NCBI GenBank assembly: GCA_051362555.1
Contig: CM120648.1
Span: 6,382,587 to 6,446,586 of the forward strand
Origin: Lingula anatina
Taxonomy: Eukaryota > Animalia > Brachiopoda
DNA: 64,000 bases
Direction: 5' to 3'
Positions 48,801 to 60,560 of the stretch are shown piece by piece; positions within the stretch are counted from its first letter, which is position 1; each line of letters begins with the position of its first letter. The position numbers were made by a program, and so were the translations under genes. The notes under the pieces are model-generated. The model saw nothing but the letters and a program-made list of their open reading frames with translations, was not told where the DNA came from and made no database searches.

Positions 48801-51800
48801 AGCCGTCCATTCCTTGACAGCAGTGAGTAGTTAAGGCTAAGCGTAGGACAGTTTTTATTTATCATTTCATTTTCGCTTATTTTCCTTTCTAACCATTCCA
48901 TGTTGTCATAAAATGACCACGTCATTCCAGTCATAGTTAAGTCATGTTGGCCTCGGAGACAACGTCAATTATACTAGGTTGTCATCTAGTGACCACGTCA
49001 TTCCAGTCATAGTTAAGTTTGGTTGTACATGTCTTTTAGGGACAACGTCATGTTGTCGTCAGAGACCACGTCAGTCATTCCATCTTGTCACCTAATGACC
49101 ACGTCATTCCAGTCATAGTTAAGTTTGGTTGTCTTTTAGGGACAACGTCATGTTGTCGTCAATGACAACGTCAGTCATTCCATGTTGTCATCTAATGACC
49201 ACGTCATTTCGGTCATAGTTAGGTTGGGTTGTCTTTTAGGGACAACGTCATGTTGTCGTCAATGACAACGTCAGTCATTCCATGTTGTCATCTAGTGACC
49301 ACGTCATTCCTGTCATAGTTAAGTTATGTTGTCTTTTAGGGACAACGTCATGTTGTCGTCAGAGACAACGTCTGTCACTCCATGTTGTCATCTAATGGCC
49401 ACGTCATTTCGGTCATAGTTAAGTTAAGTTATCTTTTAGGGACAACGTTATGTTGTCGTCAGAGACAACGTCCGTCACTCCATGTTGTCATCTAATGACC
49501 ACGTCATTCCAGTCATAGTTAAGTTAGGTTGTCTTTTAGGGACAACGTCATGTTGTCGTCAGAGACAACGTCAGTCATTCCATGTTGTCATCTAGTGACC
49601 ACGTCATTCCAGTCATAGTTAAGTTAGGTTGTCTTTTAGGGACAACGTCATGTCGTTGTCAGAGACAACGTCAGTCATTCCATGTTGTCATCTAGTGACC
49701 ACGTCATTTCAGTCATAGTTAAGGCATGTTGGTTGTTTTAGGGATAACGTCGTAGGGTCATATTTCTCACTTATAATTAAGCTTAGTTTAACTACAGCGT
49801 AACTTAACTCTAGGTCCTTGTTTTGAGTTATCTGCTAATGGAATCAGTGTTCAGTGTTACACTGGTATATGGGGGTAGGATTTCAGTGTACGAAAGATAA
49901 GTTGTTACGATAGTATATGGGGGGAGAGATTTAACCGAATTTATCTAAAGTTTAAAGACTGTGTACGGGAGGGCGGTTTTTAATGAAATAATGTTATGCA
50001 CGCCGGCGAGCTATGTCGGCTATGGATAGACAAGGTCGGCATAGTGAGTCTTTCAGAGGGAGTTAGGGACCTCTTTAAATTTCTCTAGCTAGTGTAGGCA
50101 ATGCTAAGATATAAAACCATTGTAAGAAGTAAATTTCATAGTTGAATAATCAGTGTTTAGCACAGTGCATAGTGGGAGAGTTACTCTCCGGTTAAGGTTA
50201 CTAATCAACGTGATTTGAGTTTCTTTGAGTTAACAGTTGGCTGGGCGGAACCTCTTCAGTGTCTTCCGGGCCATGGGCTTATGCAGCATAACGGTCTGGG
50301 ACCCCTTGGTAGAGCTGTGCCAAGGATGTTGCAATTATTGTGTATGACGACCCCGGGTGAAAAGCCGGCCGGGTCCGGGGCGCCATAGTAGAGCGGACGT
50401 CCACTTGGGTCTGATGCCGAGTTCCAGCCCAAGAGTGTTCCTCCCGTGTGAAGGGAGTCGAGTTACCCCGTGTGAAGGGGCAGATTTTGCTTTTGTTTCT
50501 TTAGTTCAGTGTGTCCATCCGGAGGAGTCGAGTGGATGCCAGCCGACTGTGACCTTAGAAACGGAGACGTGGTGAAGATTGTCCAACCCCTGCCACGGGA
50601 CGTAAGGCCGTAGCGGGCCGATCCCTTACGGTGCTTCCCTGCGAACCCCCGTCCCCGCCCATGCGAGTTCGGAGAATTCACACGGAACAGACGGTGCTCA
50701 GGGAGTGGAAAATGTGGGCTTGTGATATGCGAAGATTAACCTTGCTCTTTCGGTGCCAACGATCACTGGTCCCGAGTCAAAGGGTTTCAGCGCCGCCAAG
50801 ATCTCCACTGATTGGTTTGAAGGCCGCGGCGATCCCCCGCGCCCTCGTCACTGGTGACCGGAAAGATTGTCAGTATTGAGTTGGTATCACTTGACCCGCA
50901 CCCTTGCGCATTTCTGGTAGAGAGTATCGCCGCATCCACATCAGAGCTGGTGAAGCTGGAATCGGGCTGTCGGGAGAGGGTGCACACCGAGAGCTGACTT
51001 GGATTCCCCTAGCGACTGCGGCCGTGCGATGCGGTATGAACTCCCTACCATGAGGACATCATCTTGAAAAGAGAATTACAGAACGGACAGCACCACGGAG
51101 ATGAGTGACACTACGCGAGTCACGACGCTACCATAAGAAGACTACGGACGGTAATTCATATGAGAAGATACGCGATCTACGGGAACCGCTGAGCTACCCA
51201 TAAGAAGAGTACGCGAGCCACGACGCTACCATAAGATTGACTACGTACGATAATTCATATGAGAAGATACGCGATCAACGGGAACCGCTGCGCTACCCAT
51301 AAGAAGGCTACGCGAGCCACGTCGCTACCATAAGATTGACCACGTACGATAATCCATATGAGAAGATACGCGATCTACGGGAACCGCTGAGCTACCCATA
51401 AGAAGAGTACGCGAGCCACGACGCTACCATAAGATTGACCACGTATGATAATCCATATGAGAAGATACGCGATCTACGGGAACCGCTGCGCTACCCATAA
51501 GAAGACTACGCAAGCCACGACGCTACCAGAAATGTCTTCGTTGTCTTCGTTTTACTACCCAGATGCTGTCGTCGCGCGCAACATTTGAAATTTATGAACT
51601 TTAATGACCATAAGTCACGTCAAAGGATACTTGAAAATGCATGAACTATTGTGGCCATAAGTCACGTTTATATTGCATGAATTTTTGTATTCAATGTTTG
51701 GAGATTTAATAATCATATTGGAAATGTAATGCATGTCTTTTTATTTCCGAAGGTTGGGGATAGACTTTCCCCAAGGTACAGGCAACATCAATCCCACACC

Positions 51801-53900
51801 GCGTCGGTGTGTCGTCGCCGATTCGAGGCGGACGGCCGCGTCGCGTTACAATATGTTTTATTTTTTTGTTTATTTTTTGTGTATCAATACAACAACAACA
51901 TACTAAGATAATAGTAGACTGAAATCTTATGCTGGATCTTACGCTGAAACGGAGATAACGACGTTTCGACCTTATCACAAGGACTTCTGATAGTGAGTTG
52001 TCACCGGTGTGAACCAGTGGCGTAAAGACTAATTGTTTAATACTTTAGGTTATTTTTTCTGCTGGTAGACATATCATATTGTGTTAGGTGTGCCAAATGC
52101 ACGTATAATTTCCCCATCAGGAAGAACTGGCCGTAGCTGAGAGACGTGCTTTTTTCAGTCATAAACTGCTTAAAGCAACTTAAACCTCTTAGAGATTTTC
52201 AGCTAGTTTTTCACAGAAATGCCGTTTTAAAATGTTTTAGCGTTCGTTAATGTTAAAAACCAAATTTTTATCCGTTTAATAACGTATAATTTTAGAGTTT
52301 AAGACCAGTGTCGTTTTCTGGGCCGGTCAGAATGCAATCTCCTGCAAACTGTCCTATCAGCAAGTATATGTAGTACAATGGTTTTTCAACTAACAATGTT
52401 ACATAATTTTAATTAAAAAAAAAACGAGATAAAAGGAGAGACGCACGATGCTCAACGATTCAAAAATTCACCATAGTTTTCTAAAAAAGGTTTCAACAAC
52501 TTTCAACAATATGTTTTCATTCTAGAACCTGGTTCCGCAACTCACCATCCGGAGCCATTCTCACCAACGCCGCGGACATGTCCAAGTGGCTCAAGTTTCA
52601 CCTGTCTAAGGGAAAGGGTCCTGACGGGTCCCAGGTGGTGCCGAAGTCGGTCCTAGAAGACACTTACCGTCCCCAGATTCCAGCCATATCGGGCCAGGAT
52701 GTGTACCTCAATCGGCCCACCACTCCTGTGACCTTTGATTACGCCGAGTACGCATGTGGGTGGCGTACAGGGTTTTACAGAGGTAATTTTTGTATTTTCA
52801 GTTATACCATGTAGGCCTACGTTTGAAAATGTCTCAAAATCACTTTTTTAATGTCTGCATATCCTGCAAAACTACAATTCAGACCGTGAAAAAAAGATAA
52901 AACTAAATTATTACAACTTAGAAATATTGATTCGTGTGTTTAGGAAAGTTGCTTTTTGTTATGGCGCAAAAATAAATCCCGGAAAGGATGCATTTGACCC
53001 TTTGTCAGTGCCTTCCACAATGTTGCATGTCTGTTCAATCCATTTCATTGGCATTTTATTATCATTATTATTTTTAATGGTTTAGTAGTAATTTTGAAAG
53101 CTAATTCTTAGTGAAATAAGACTCGCAAAATAAGAATTAAATGACTGTTCCTTTTTTAAAATTAGGATAATGTCCGTCAGTGACATTTGTGATCGTTGTT
53201 CATATCGCCAGTGAGTGGTTTCACTGTATTTCTAGGGTATCCCATCATCACTCATACTGGGACATCCTGGGGCTTCTCCTCCATGCTGGTTCTCCTTCCT
53301 GTCAAGGACATCGGCGTCTATTTCACCTTCAACACCCGGGAAAACGGCAGCCTCACGCGACGGGCACTAATGTCTTTCATCCTCGACGCGGTGATGGAGG
53401 AAACGCCGTGGCTAAACGCGTCAACTATCTGTTCTTTCCCATCCCCGTTTCGACCGCGACCGACCCAGGCGCCAACTACTAAGACGCCAGGCACGGCTGC
53501 CCGCCCTTTGGAAAGTTACACTGGAGTGTACGAGCACCCCCTTTTTGGGAAAATAACGATATCTCACAACGATACAGATACGTTTCTTACAATGGCGTAC
53601 GGCGCTGTTACAAGATGGCGGTTGTATTCAGACGCTTCCGCCGAGGTGTTTTACGGTAGAGGTGACGGGGACGCTTGGTCGTTTCCGATCTCTGGTATGA
53701 CATTTAAGAGCATTTACAATAAAGCTGGGGATATCGATAGCGTCACAGTACCTACGTTTGAGGCTAGAGATCCTCCGACTTTTGTTAAAGAGGGAGCAAG
53801 GCCGACATCAACCTCTTCGTCCGGGGGTGAAGGACTTCCACGCACCCAAGCAGCAGTTTTCCTTGTCATAGTGTTAGATTTACTCACTTTTGCCTTTTAA
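39549..53900 (+). CDS. Secreted serine beta-lactamase / peptidase S12 family protein with DUF3471-like C-terminal domain and probable GPI signal (gigasin-6/flp-like); exon 2 disrupted in this haplotype
   Basis: Exons 39549-39859, 40246-40382 + 43152-43188, 43441-43710, 52526-52782 and 53236-53900 total 1677 nt (558 aa) with consistent phases. Motifs: SLTK (SxxK), LLSHRTG, YNN (YxN), HTG. Hydrophobic N- and C-termini. Confidence 0.9.
40246..40382 (+). CDS. Beta-lactamase-like exon 2, 5' part
   Basis: ttcag acceptor; YDIDSP...TARDLLSHRTGLTTYNNI; interrupted by the TIR element. Confidence 0.9.
40383..43148. mobile_element. 2766-bp TIR DNA transposon inserted in coding exon 2 (PIF/Harbinger-like TNA TSD)
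   Basis: Perfect 18-bp TIR CAGCCCGGGAGCCACTGG / CCAGTGGCTCCCGGGCTG; TSD TCA at 40380-40382 and 43149-43151. Removing it restores YNNI-RLQDELSLEIIG. No transposase ORF recognised. Confidence 0.92.
43152..43188 (+). CDS. Beta-lactamase-like exon 2, 3' part
   Basis: (R)LQDELSLEIIG then AG|GTATGT donor in phase 2, matching exon 3. Confidence 0.88.
43441..43710 (+). CDS. Beta-lactamase-like exon 3 (YxN motif)
   Basis: KLQFFNTTYPFRTRYLYNNNMYGLAGYVTERLAG...ILIPLGMSST; donor GTGAGG. Confidence 0.92.
44009..44140 (+). promoter_or_regulatory. Putative LTR promoter: CRE-like TGACGTC, TATAAATA (44032), then three GAGCGTTTTACAGATTC repeats
   Basis: Motifs read directly; function inferred. Confidence 0.55.
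44565..45420 (+). repeat. 100-bp tandem array inside the LTR (copy at 48898-49753)
   Basis: TTTTAGGGACAACG at 44701, 44801, 44901, 45001, 45101, 45201 and 45301. Confidence 0.95.
46776..47196 (+). repeat. 99-bp tandem array inside the LTR (copy at 51109-51529)
   Basis: CATATGAGAAGATACGCGATC at 46824, 46923, 47022 and 47121. Confidence 0.95.
47519..47536 (+). other. Primer-binding site complementary to the tRNA-Leu 3' end
   Basis: TGGTGGCAGCGGTGGGAT, 1 nt after the LTR end, is the reverse complement of ...ATCCCACCGCTGCCACCA (tRNA-Leu, NAG anticodon class). Confidence 0.9.
48031..48068 (+). other. Gypsy-type 3' hairpin and polypurine tract
   Basis: TTGATTCGGGAGAATCAA hairpin, then AAAAGGTTGGGGGCAG abutting the 3' LTR TG. 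Confidence 0.8.
48069..51850 (+). repeat. 3' LTR (3782 bp)
   Basis: Direct repeat of 43735-47517. Confidence 0.95.
52526..52782 (+). CDS. Beta-lactamase-like exon 4
   Basis: TWFRNSPSGAILTNAADMSKWLKFHL...YACGWRTGFYRG; consensus splice sites. Confidence 0.92.
53236..53900 (+). CDS. Beta-lactamase-like exon 5 (HTG triad, DUF3471-like domain, hydrophobic tail)
   Basis: YPIITHTGTSWGF...YTGVYEHPLFGKITI...SSSGGEGLPRTQAAVFLVIVLDLLTFAF*. Confidence 0.92.
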
Positions 53901-54419
53901 AGGGGCCATATAAAAAGTTTATATGAAGTCTGAAAGTTGAATTTCTTTATCTTTTAATGCCGGCGTGTGGTAGGCCTATCAAGCCCACTAAGTAGGCCTA
54001 CTGCGCATTTTTTGAGTGAAATTGTTAAATTTTATTTTTAGATTTATACTAGATGAAACAGAAGCTGTTTCCTTGATTAGCCAGATAAACCTCAAACACA
54101 TAAAAAAGATAAACACACTGGTTTTTATTAGTGTTGTCAATACAATACAATTTATTTGTTAAAATGTGCATATAGAATTAAATGTGGTCTGAGGTCTGCA
54201 CTCAAATAAAATTGATTCGAAATTAGGAGTACAGTGATTGCAATAAATTAGGTGAGTTCAAAAAGATATCTACAGGATATCCGCGTTTTTATTATCCCCA
54301 GAACATAGAATTGGCCTTATCATGCATTAAAATAAAGCAAAGATTAGCTACAACACACTTTGAGCAAGTCGTACACAACTGAATTCTCATTGTGTTAGTT
54401 GTGCCCACAAGCGGCACAT

Positions 54420-54600
54420 CTGATTTCGCGCATGCGCAATGATAACTTCCGTAAGAAGCATTGGAAGCCTGCAGAAGCAAACAAAACTACTGTGTTGTTG
54501 AGGACTTTAAAAAATCTTCACCAGGTACTGCATTCAAAAGCGACATTTTGGATAACTTTTTGGATACCATTCCGGTCTTGTGGAAGTGTACAAGGTAAGA
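54420..54600 (+). promoter_or_regulatory. Probable promoter and non-coding first exon of a downstream gene
   Basis: NRF1-type GCGCATGCGC (54428), ETS-type ACTTCCG (~54445), local CpG enrichment, and a strong donor CAAG|GTAAGA at 54594/54595. No coding exon recognised through 64000. Confidence 0.45.
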
Positions 54601-56579
54601 AAGACGCTGGCAAAATGAATGGCAATTGTTTGTTCCTGAACATCGATATTTTGGTGCCTGACGTTTCAGGCCATGCGTGAAGCGTTTAAGTTGACGGAGA
54701 AGACGTGAAAAAGAAACGCTTTTGATTTGATTTTGTTCTCTCATAAGCATCAGAATCAGTCCACTTGCTTTGCTAAAGTGCAATCTTTATTGGTTTTGAG
54801 CAAACAAATTGATTTTTGCTGTAAGTCTGACACAATGATTGCCCTGAAGTGATAAGTCGCCAGTACAGCAGAGGCCCACCTTAACACCTTGGGTCAAGCT
54901 GTGCAAAAATGGATCGCTGATGTACAGCAATGATGACCATTCATAACAAATGCTACAGTCCCATTTGACATTTGTAGATCTATGTGAATGCATATTCTGA
55001 TCACTTCACATATATTTGCTTGCATGTGGATTACAGTGATTTGACTGAACATTGGGAAAAGTAAGACCCTGGCCTGAAACCCTCGTACAGTATAGGTATA
55101 TTGACTTAGAGAAACCCATTTCCACCATCAAAATACAGTTAAGTTATAGCAAACTAACAAATAAACTGTAAAATTATTATCCTGACCTTTATATTCAGTA
55201 TACACACAGATGGCTTGCAGTATCAGGTTTTTTTTTCGTCAGACTGGTAAGAGTTTTACCATGAAAATTGATCTTAAACAGTCAGTTCACACTGCATCTC
55301 AGATAGATCGGTTTGGACAGATCATGGCCCTGACATAAGAGTAATTATTGCAATCAAGTTGGTATGCAAGCAGCACAGTGATCAGGAAATTTACTTTGAT
55401 TACATTGTGACTAAGGGTTACCAAGCCAAACTGGCTTAATTGCTTTTTAACTCTTAATTTGGGGACTTTGTTGGTTCAACCCCAGTCTTGTGTAAATGCG
55501 CCTCGGAACTTTGAGATGCGACTAATTTGGCTGTCTATTCTAGACAGCCTTTGGAAACTTCTTCATTTCTTTCTGCTTGTTGAATCAATCCAAGTCCATT
55601 TGAAATGTTGAAAGCAAGTTTGGATCTGATTGATAAAGAGGTGATGCAGCATCTTTTGATCTCTGAACCGCGTGAGACGTGATCTGTTTGCATTATGCAA
55701 GACACGAAAGATGTATGTGGCCACAGGGCCATTGCTGACCACTGGGGGTGTAATTTTACAGTTTGTGTGATGTCTGCTAGATAGGTTTTCTTTTCAAACT
55801 GACCATTATTCTGTGTCGGATATTTTGTCAGTGTTAAGTGCATGGTTTGAAGTATGCCAAGGGTCAGTGATACTTTTGACCAGTGGGCATTATGTATTTC
55901 TGTTGAAATTTTTTCGCGTTGCTTTAATGTTTAACCTTGCGTGCAGGTCTGTCTGAGTGAAAGTATAGAGGTTGGACTGTGCATCAGTTGTAAGAAGGCC
56001 TCTGAGTGGGAAAATTTGACTTACGCCTGTTTTTTATTTTTTCATGAAAATTTATGTATGACGTAAATTTAGTATTCGTCAATTAAAGTCCCTCAACCAC
56101 AATGGTAGTGGAAGCTTATACAAGTAAATTATAATTATTGTATGTCATTATGGAAATTGCAACTTGGTATCTTGTTAAAATGATTGTTTTGAGAAAAAAA
56201 AAGGAGAGATGAACAAAACTGAATGATTTATTTTGATTGCCCTGTTGATTATAATGTTTTTTTGTACAGTTGGATAGAAGAGACAGTAATTTATCCATAG
56301 ATTTTCCTTTTTTATGAAAATGAGTGCTTAGAAAGCTCTTGTATTTCGAATGAGTTGTTCAGAAAACTGTAAATTGATGGGTGGGTTGGGAGGGGGTGGT
56401 GTTCCAATTTTAGCACTCTCTTTCCAAACCTAGACATATATGTAATTTAGTTAGAGGATGCCATATGTGTTGCATGTATTGAACTTTTCATGGTATCAGA
56501 CTGTGAGCAGAGGCGGCATGTGTATTGATCTGTGTCGAATGTACAAGAGAAGGCCATTTTATGAATGAGTCATTGATTG

Positions 56580-56581
<2 letters not shown>

Positions 56582-56660
<79 letters not shown>

Positions 56661-56680
56661 GAGAAGGAGGTAAGAGAGAG
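56582..56680. repeat. (GT)n(GA)n compound microsatellite
   Basis: Read directly. Confidence 0.95.
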
Positions 56681-57974
56681 AGTGTTGAGAAGTAAAACAG
56701 GGATAGTACTGTAATGCACCACAATAAATCAAACCTAAAAAGTTCCAACAATTCCTGTCTTTAGGAAGGATGTAGGGAAGGAAATCCTGAATAAAAAAAG
56801 TCTCCCGTTTTATACTCATTATCCTGTCTCTTATGTAGCTACACTGATAAGAATATATCTTTACTATTTCCTTCACTGGTGTGGATTATCCCCAGTCAAT
56901 ATTTTCATATAACAATGTCTGCCTACTTGCTCAGGTCAAGAATATGTCACCAGTTCAAAAGGAAAATTCAGATACAATCTCTTTCCACTTTTCTCCTCTT
57001 TCGCACTTGGTGTACGATTCTATTACATCTCATTTTTGTAGCATGCATAAAAAACCTTGTGATCTTGGCATTGATAATACAGCTCGGACAGAAGTGTCTT
57101 TTCTTCTGAGATACTGAGGGTGCACATTAGGGCTGTTTTAAGCTACCATGACACTGTAAACTGCTTTGTTCAAATGATTGTTTTGCTACCTTAACCAGGT
57201 GATTTATGGTCAAGCTATTTCAGCTATTCAGAAGATAATAATAGTGGGACTGCAAAGATGTGATAGAAGAGACGGGGAGAGAGAGAGAGAGAGAGAGAGA
57301 GAACAAAAACTTAAAACCCTAAGTGGGTGTAAGTTTAAGGATAAAATCAATTAATATAAAACATTGAACCCATTTTATGGAAAGAAAAATGTAAACTACT
57401 GTCAAATATCCATTTAGTCACTTTTAAAGTTGAAGTGAACTACCGTAAGAAAGATTTATTCTGAAATGAAATATATAGACCAATAATTTCGTAAAAGATA
57501 AGGCCAACATTTGTCCCCGGGTTATTTTGTAAAGCAGACCCCTGTAGTGCTGGTGTTGTGGCTTAGTGTGGTGTGGTTTTCTAAATACTGGGGTCCTGAA
57601 ATGTTGTTATAATGTCAGGCTGTGAGAGAAATGGGCAGGAAGAATGTAAATGAAAACATTGCTCATAAAACATATTTCATTATTTGGCATGAAGTGGGGT
57701 TATTGCTGACAGTTCAGGTTAGTCATTTTCAGAGTTTGAAATCTTTCTGTTGTAGGAGACTCAGGGTGTAAGTGTTTTCTGTAACCCAACTCATCTTTGT
57801 TGGGTCTTTCAAGGTACCCATGCAGTTTTGGTGGATAGCCCATGTTTCCCGACCAGGAGATATCTTACATTAACCCAAGGTTGATTATATTGCCTGTTTG
57901 ACTATTTTCACGATTTTCCTGGAAACTGAAACTCAGGGTGAAGGAGTCCCTTGATGTATTAATAAAGAAATTTA

Positions 57975-57990
57975 AGGGATGGAAAGGGGA

Positions 57991-58023
<33 letters not shown>

Positions 58024-58125
58024 CAGAGAGAGAGAGAGACAGGGAGAGGGAGAGAGAAAGAGGAAGAGGAAAGGGAGGAGAGAGTTGGGAGGAGGCGGAG
58101 AAAATATAGAGAGGAGGAGGAGGGC
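57975..58125. repeat. GA-rich purine tract
   Basis: Read directly; it explains the spurious ORFs here. Confidence 0.9.
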
Positions 58126-60487
58126 TATCATCAGCAAAAACAATTTGTCTTCACTGCAGTGAGGTCTCTGCCAATACACCATTCTGTACTGAGAACCCCC
58201 GTGAGCTGGGGTCAATCAGGGTGCATGCAGTGTGTAATCTACACAGGTTAAGGAATCACCTACGTCTAGATAGAGAGGGAGATAAGGCACCCCAGACCAC
58301 CGGTGTATGTCACCTCTGAGTGTACAGAGAGTGAGGGACAGATGACATACAGGATTGTGTACACTATAAAGAGTGCTCTAGATGTGGGGGCTGCCTTGTC
58401 ATGGGCTACTACCTGGTGACTGACACACTTTCCTCACAGCACCTGCCACAATAAGGGATGTATTGATAATGGGGTGGAGGCAGGATCTGGTATCTGCATG
58501 TGGCAATGAAATCTAATTTTCTTGCTTCAGTATTGCATACCTGCTTTAATATTTTTGCATCTTTACATCGTTCATCCTTCTTTGATACAAATGGTCTTGG
58601 TTAGATTTGTACAGTAAGGACCTATATATATTATTTACATTTGATACGAGATAACGTACTAGTGCACTAGCTCATGTTTGGTGAGAAGAATATGACCTCA
58701 ATGATGAGGAGGTTGATAAGATATCTGTCTCAAACCTCAGTAATATATCATATGTTATGAAGGAAAAACATGGTGGCCGTGTACGCATTCCAGACATGCT
58801 GTTCAAAACTAACTATCAGACAATTAGACTGGCACTTATGAAAAATTTTCCTGGACTGATTGTAAATACGAAAAATAATGTCTCATAAAATTGTTGGTGA
58901 TTGCTTGGACTGGCTGAACAGAATTTTCTTCTGATCCTTGGAAATTGTATATCAGTCATAACCAGTAAGTTGGAAGTTCTTGATGAATTTAAAAAGGTCA
59001 TCACTTACAACTTTGCAGTTTTTTTTTCAGACTGGCATGTTATAAAACGCCCAAATAGGAATGTTTCATATTTTTAAAGACTGCCAGGTCAGGTATTTTA
59101 AAGATAAGAGAAAATGATATACAAGTACTGTATATAGCTTTAAGAAAAGTTTTCTGTAACATATGAAAATTTTTGCTGTTTGAAGCTGTTTGCCTCATGC
59201 TAGCCTATCGCCATATTTTCTTAATGTGTTTGTGCACCAGTAATTAAATTATAGAGACATCACTTGTGCCGCATGCTGCAGGTTGGTTCCCTTCAAAAAT
59301 TTGCCTTTCAAAACTGGATCAGTTGACCTAAAATTTGTGCAAATGCCTACAGGAAAAATAATCAAATGCGAACATTATGCAGTTTTAAAACTAGGTCGTC
59401 AAGTGAAATTAACTGGTAATTTACTCGCTGTAACTGGTACATACAGTGTTAGTCCCGACTTGTAACAATGGGGTCGCTTTCGTGAAAAGAACTTATACAT
59501 TAAAGGCAAAAGTTGGTCCTTATTTTTGGTCTATTTCAATCTAGGGTAAAATATGGTGTAAGCCAAAGGAATGTATTATAGTAATTGCCAATAGAAATAA
59601 AAAAAGAAGAAAAATAAATATTTTGTACCTGTTATTTAATAAGATTGTGTATGAAATTGTAAAACAGACAACTTATTGAAGCAGACCAGCAGTGATTCGA
59701 CTAAGGGTAAGGTAGGCGTCAATTTTCAGCTTGATAGAAATTAGTTGTTTTTTTGTAAAACTTCAAGGGGCTGTCGATTTGGTTGCCAAGTAACAATTTT
59801 TTTTCTCCATATATGCTAAAAAATAGGTAAATATGATCAAATAATTTTTCCTGGCCAAATATTGAACTAATTATATATGACAGAAATTTGCTAATGAGGT
59901 CATAAAGACTTTGCCGTGTATACCCTGAGTGAGTTGTTAGGAGTTGTTCTTCAGACATTAGATCTTCCTCGTTAAGGTCGGTTATAAATTCTTGTGGCTT
60001 AATAGCAATAACAGAGGAATCCCTGTGTAAATAGACAGATCAGTATTTTATAAACCTGTCAAACATTTTTAACCTCTGTGGTCTGGAGCATAACCATGAC
60101 AGATGTCAGGATTTGGAGTATTAAAAAAATTTTAAACAAATTAATAGGTTAAAAGTAAGAGATTTTTCATTAAGAAACTATTTGCTTTTGTATACTTTCT
60201 TATATTTTTAACGGTATAATCTTATTCACAATCACCATCATCAAACAGGTTACAAACTATGTTTTTATTGATTGTTTTACTATTCTCCTACTTCAGCTTC
60301 AATACCTAGACCATATATAATTTATAGATGTTTTTAAATGAACAGGTAAGGTTAGTATACAACTGGAAAGAGGATAGATCTGTGAAGTGAAGATGAGATG
60401 GTTATCAGAGCAGAAATATCCTAGCATTGAAAAGCTCCAGAAATTCTTATAGTGCACTCTGGGTGGAGAACACTTTTATCATAGTTT

Positions 60488-60560
60488 GGGGGTGGGGTGG
60501 GGGGGGGGGGGGGGAGGAGGGGGGGGGTAAAGGGGGCACCTGGTGAGAGGGGGAGGGGTA
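60488..60560. repeat. Poly-G / G-quadruplex-capable tract
   Basis: Runs of 4-16 G. Confidence 0.8.

Larger units (their letters stand above)
43735..51850 (+). mobile_element. Non-autonomous LTR retrotransposon with 3.78-kb LTRs and a 551-bp internal region (8116 bp)
   Basis: TGTAACGC...GCGTTACA LTRs at 43735-47517 and 48069-51850; TSD ATAT at 43731-43734 and 51851-51854; PBS and PPT present; no gag/pol. Confidence 0.95.

Noticed and set aside
43735-51850. 4.3-kb tandem duplication or assembly artefact
   Set aside because: The repeats have TG..CA ends, a flanking TSD, and a PBS and PPT in the unique spacer, which an artefact would not create.
51955-51995. Penelope-type hammerhead (ACGTTTCGACC...)
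   Set aside because: GAAA and stem II are present on the minus strand, but the CTGANGA core is missing.
39549-53900. Bacterial contamination or recent horizontal transfer of an antibiotic-resistance gene
   Set aside because: The gene has four spliceosomal introns and is embedded in animal repeats. Beta-lactam hydrolysis is not shown by the sequence.
56488-58251. ORFs with THTH, SLSL or ERER runs
   Set aside because: These are translations of microsatellites.
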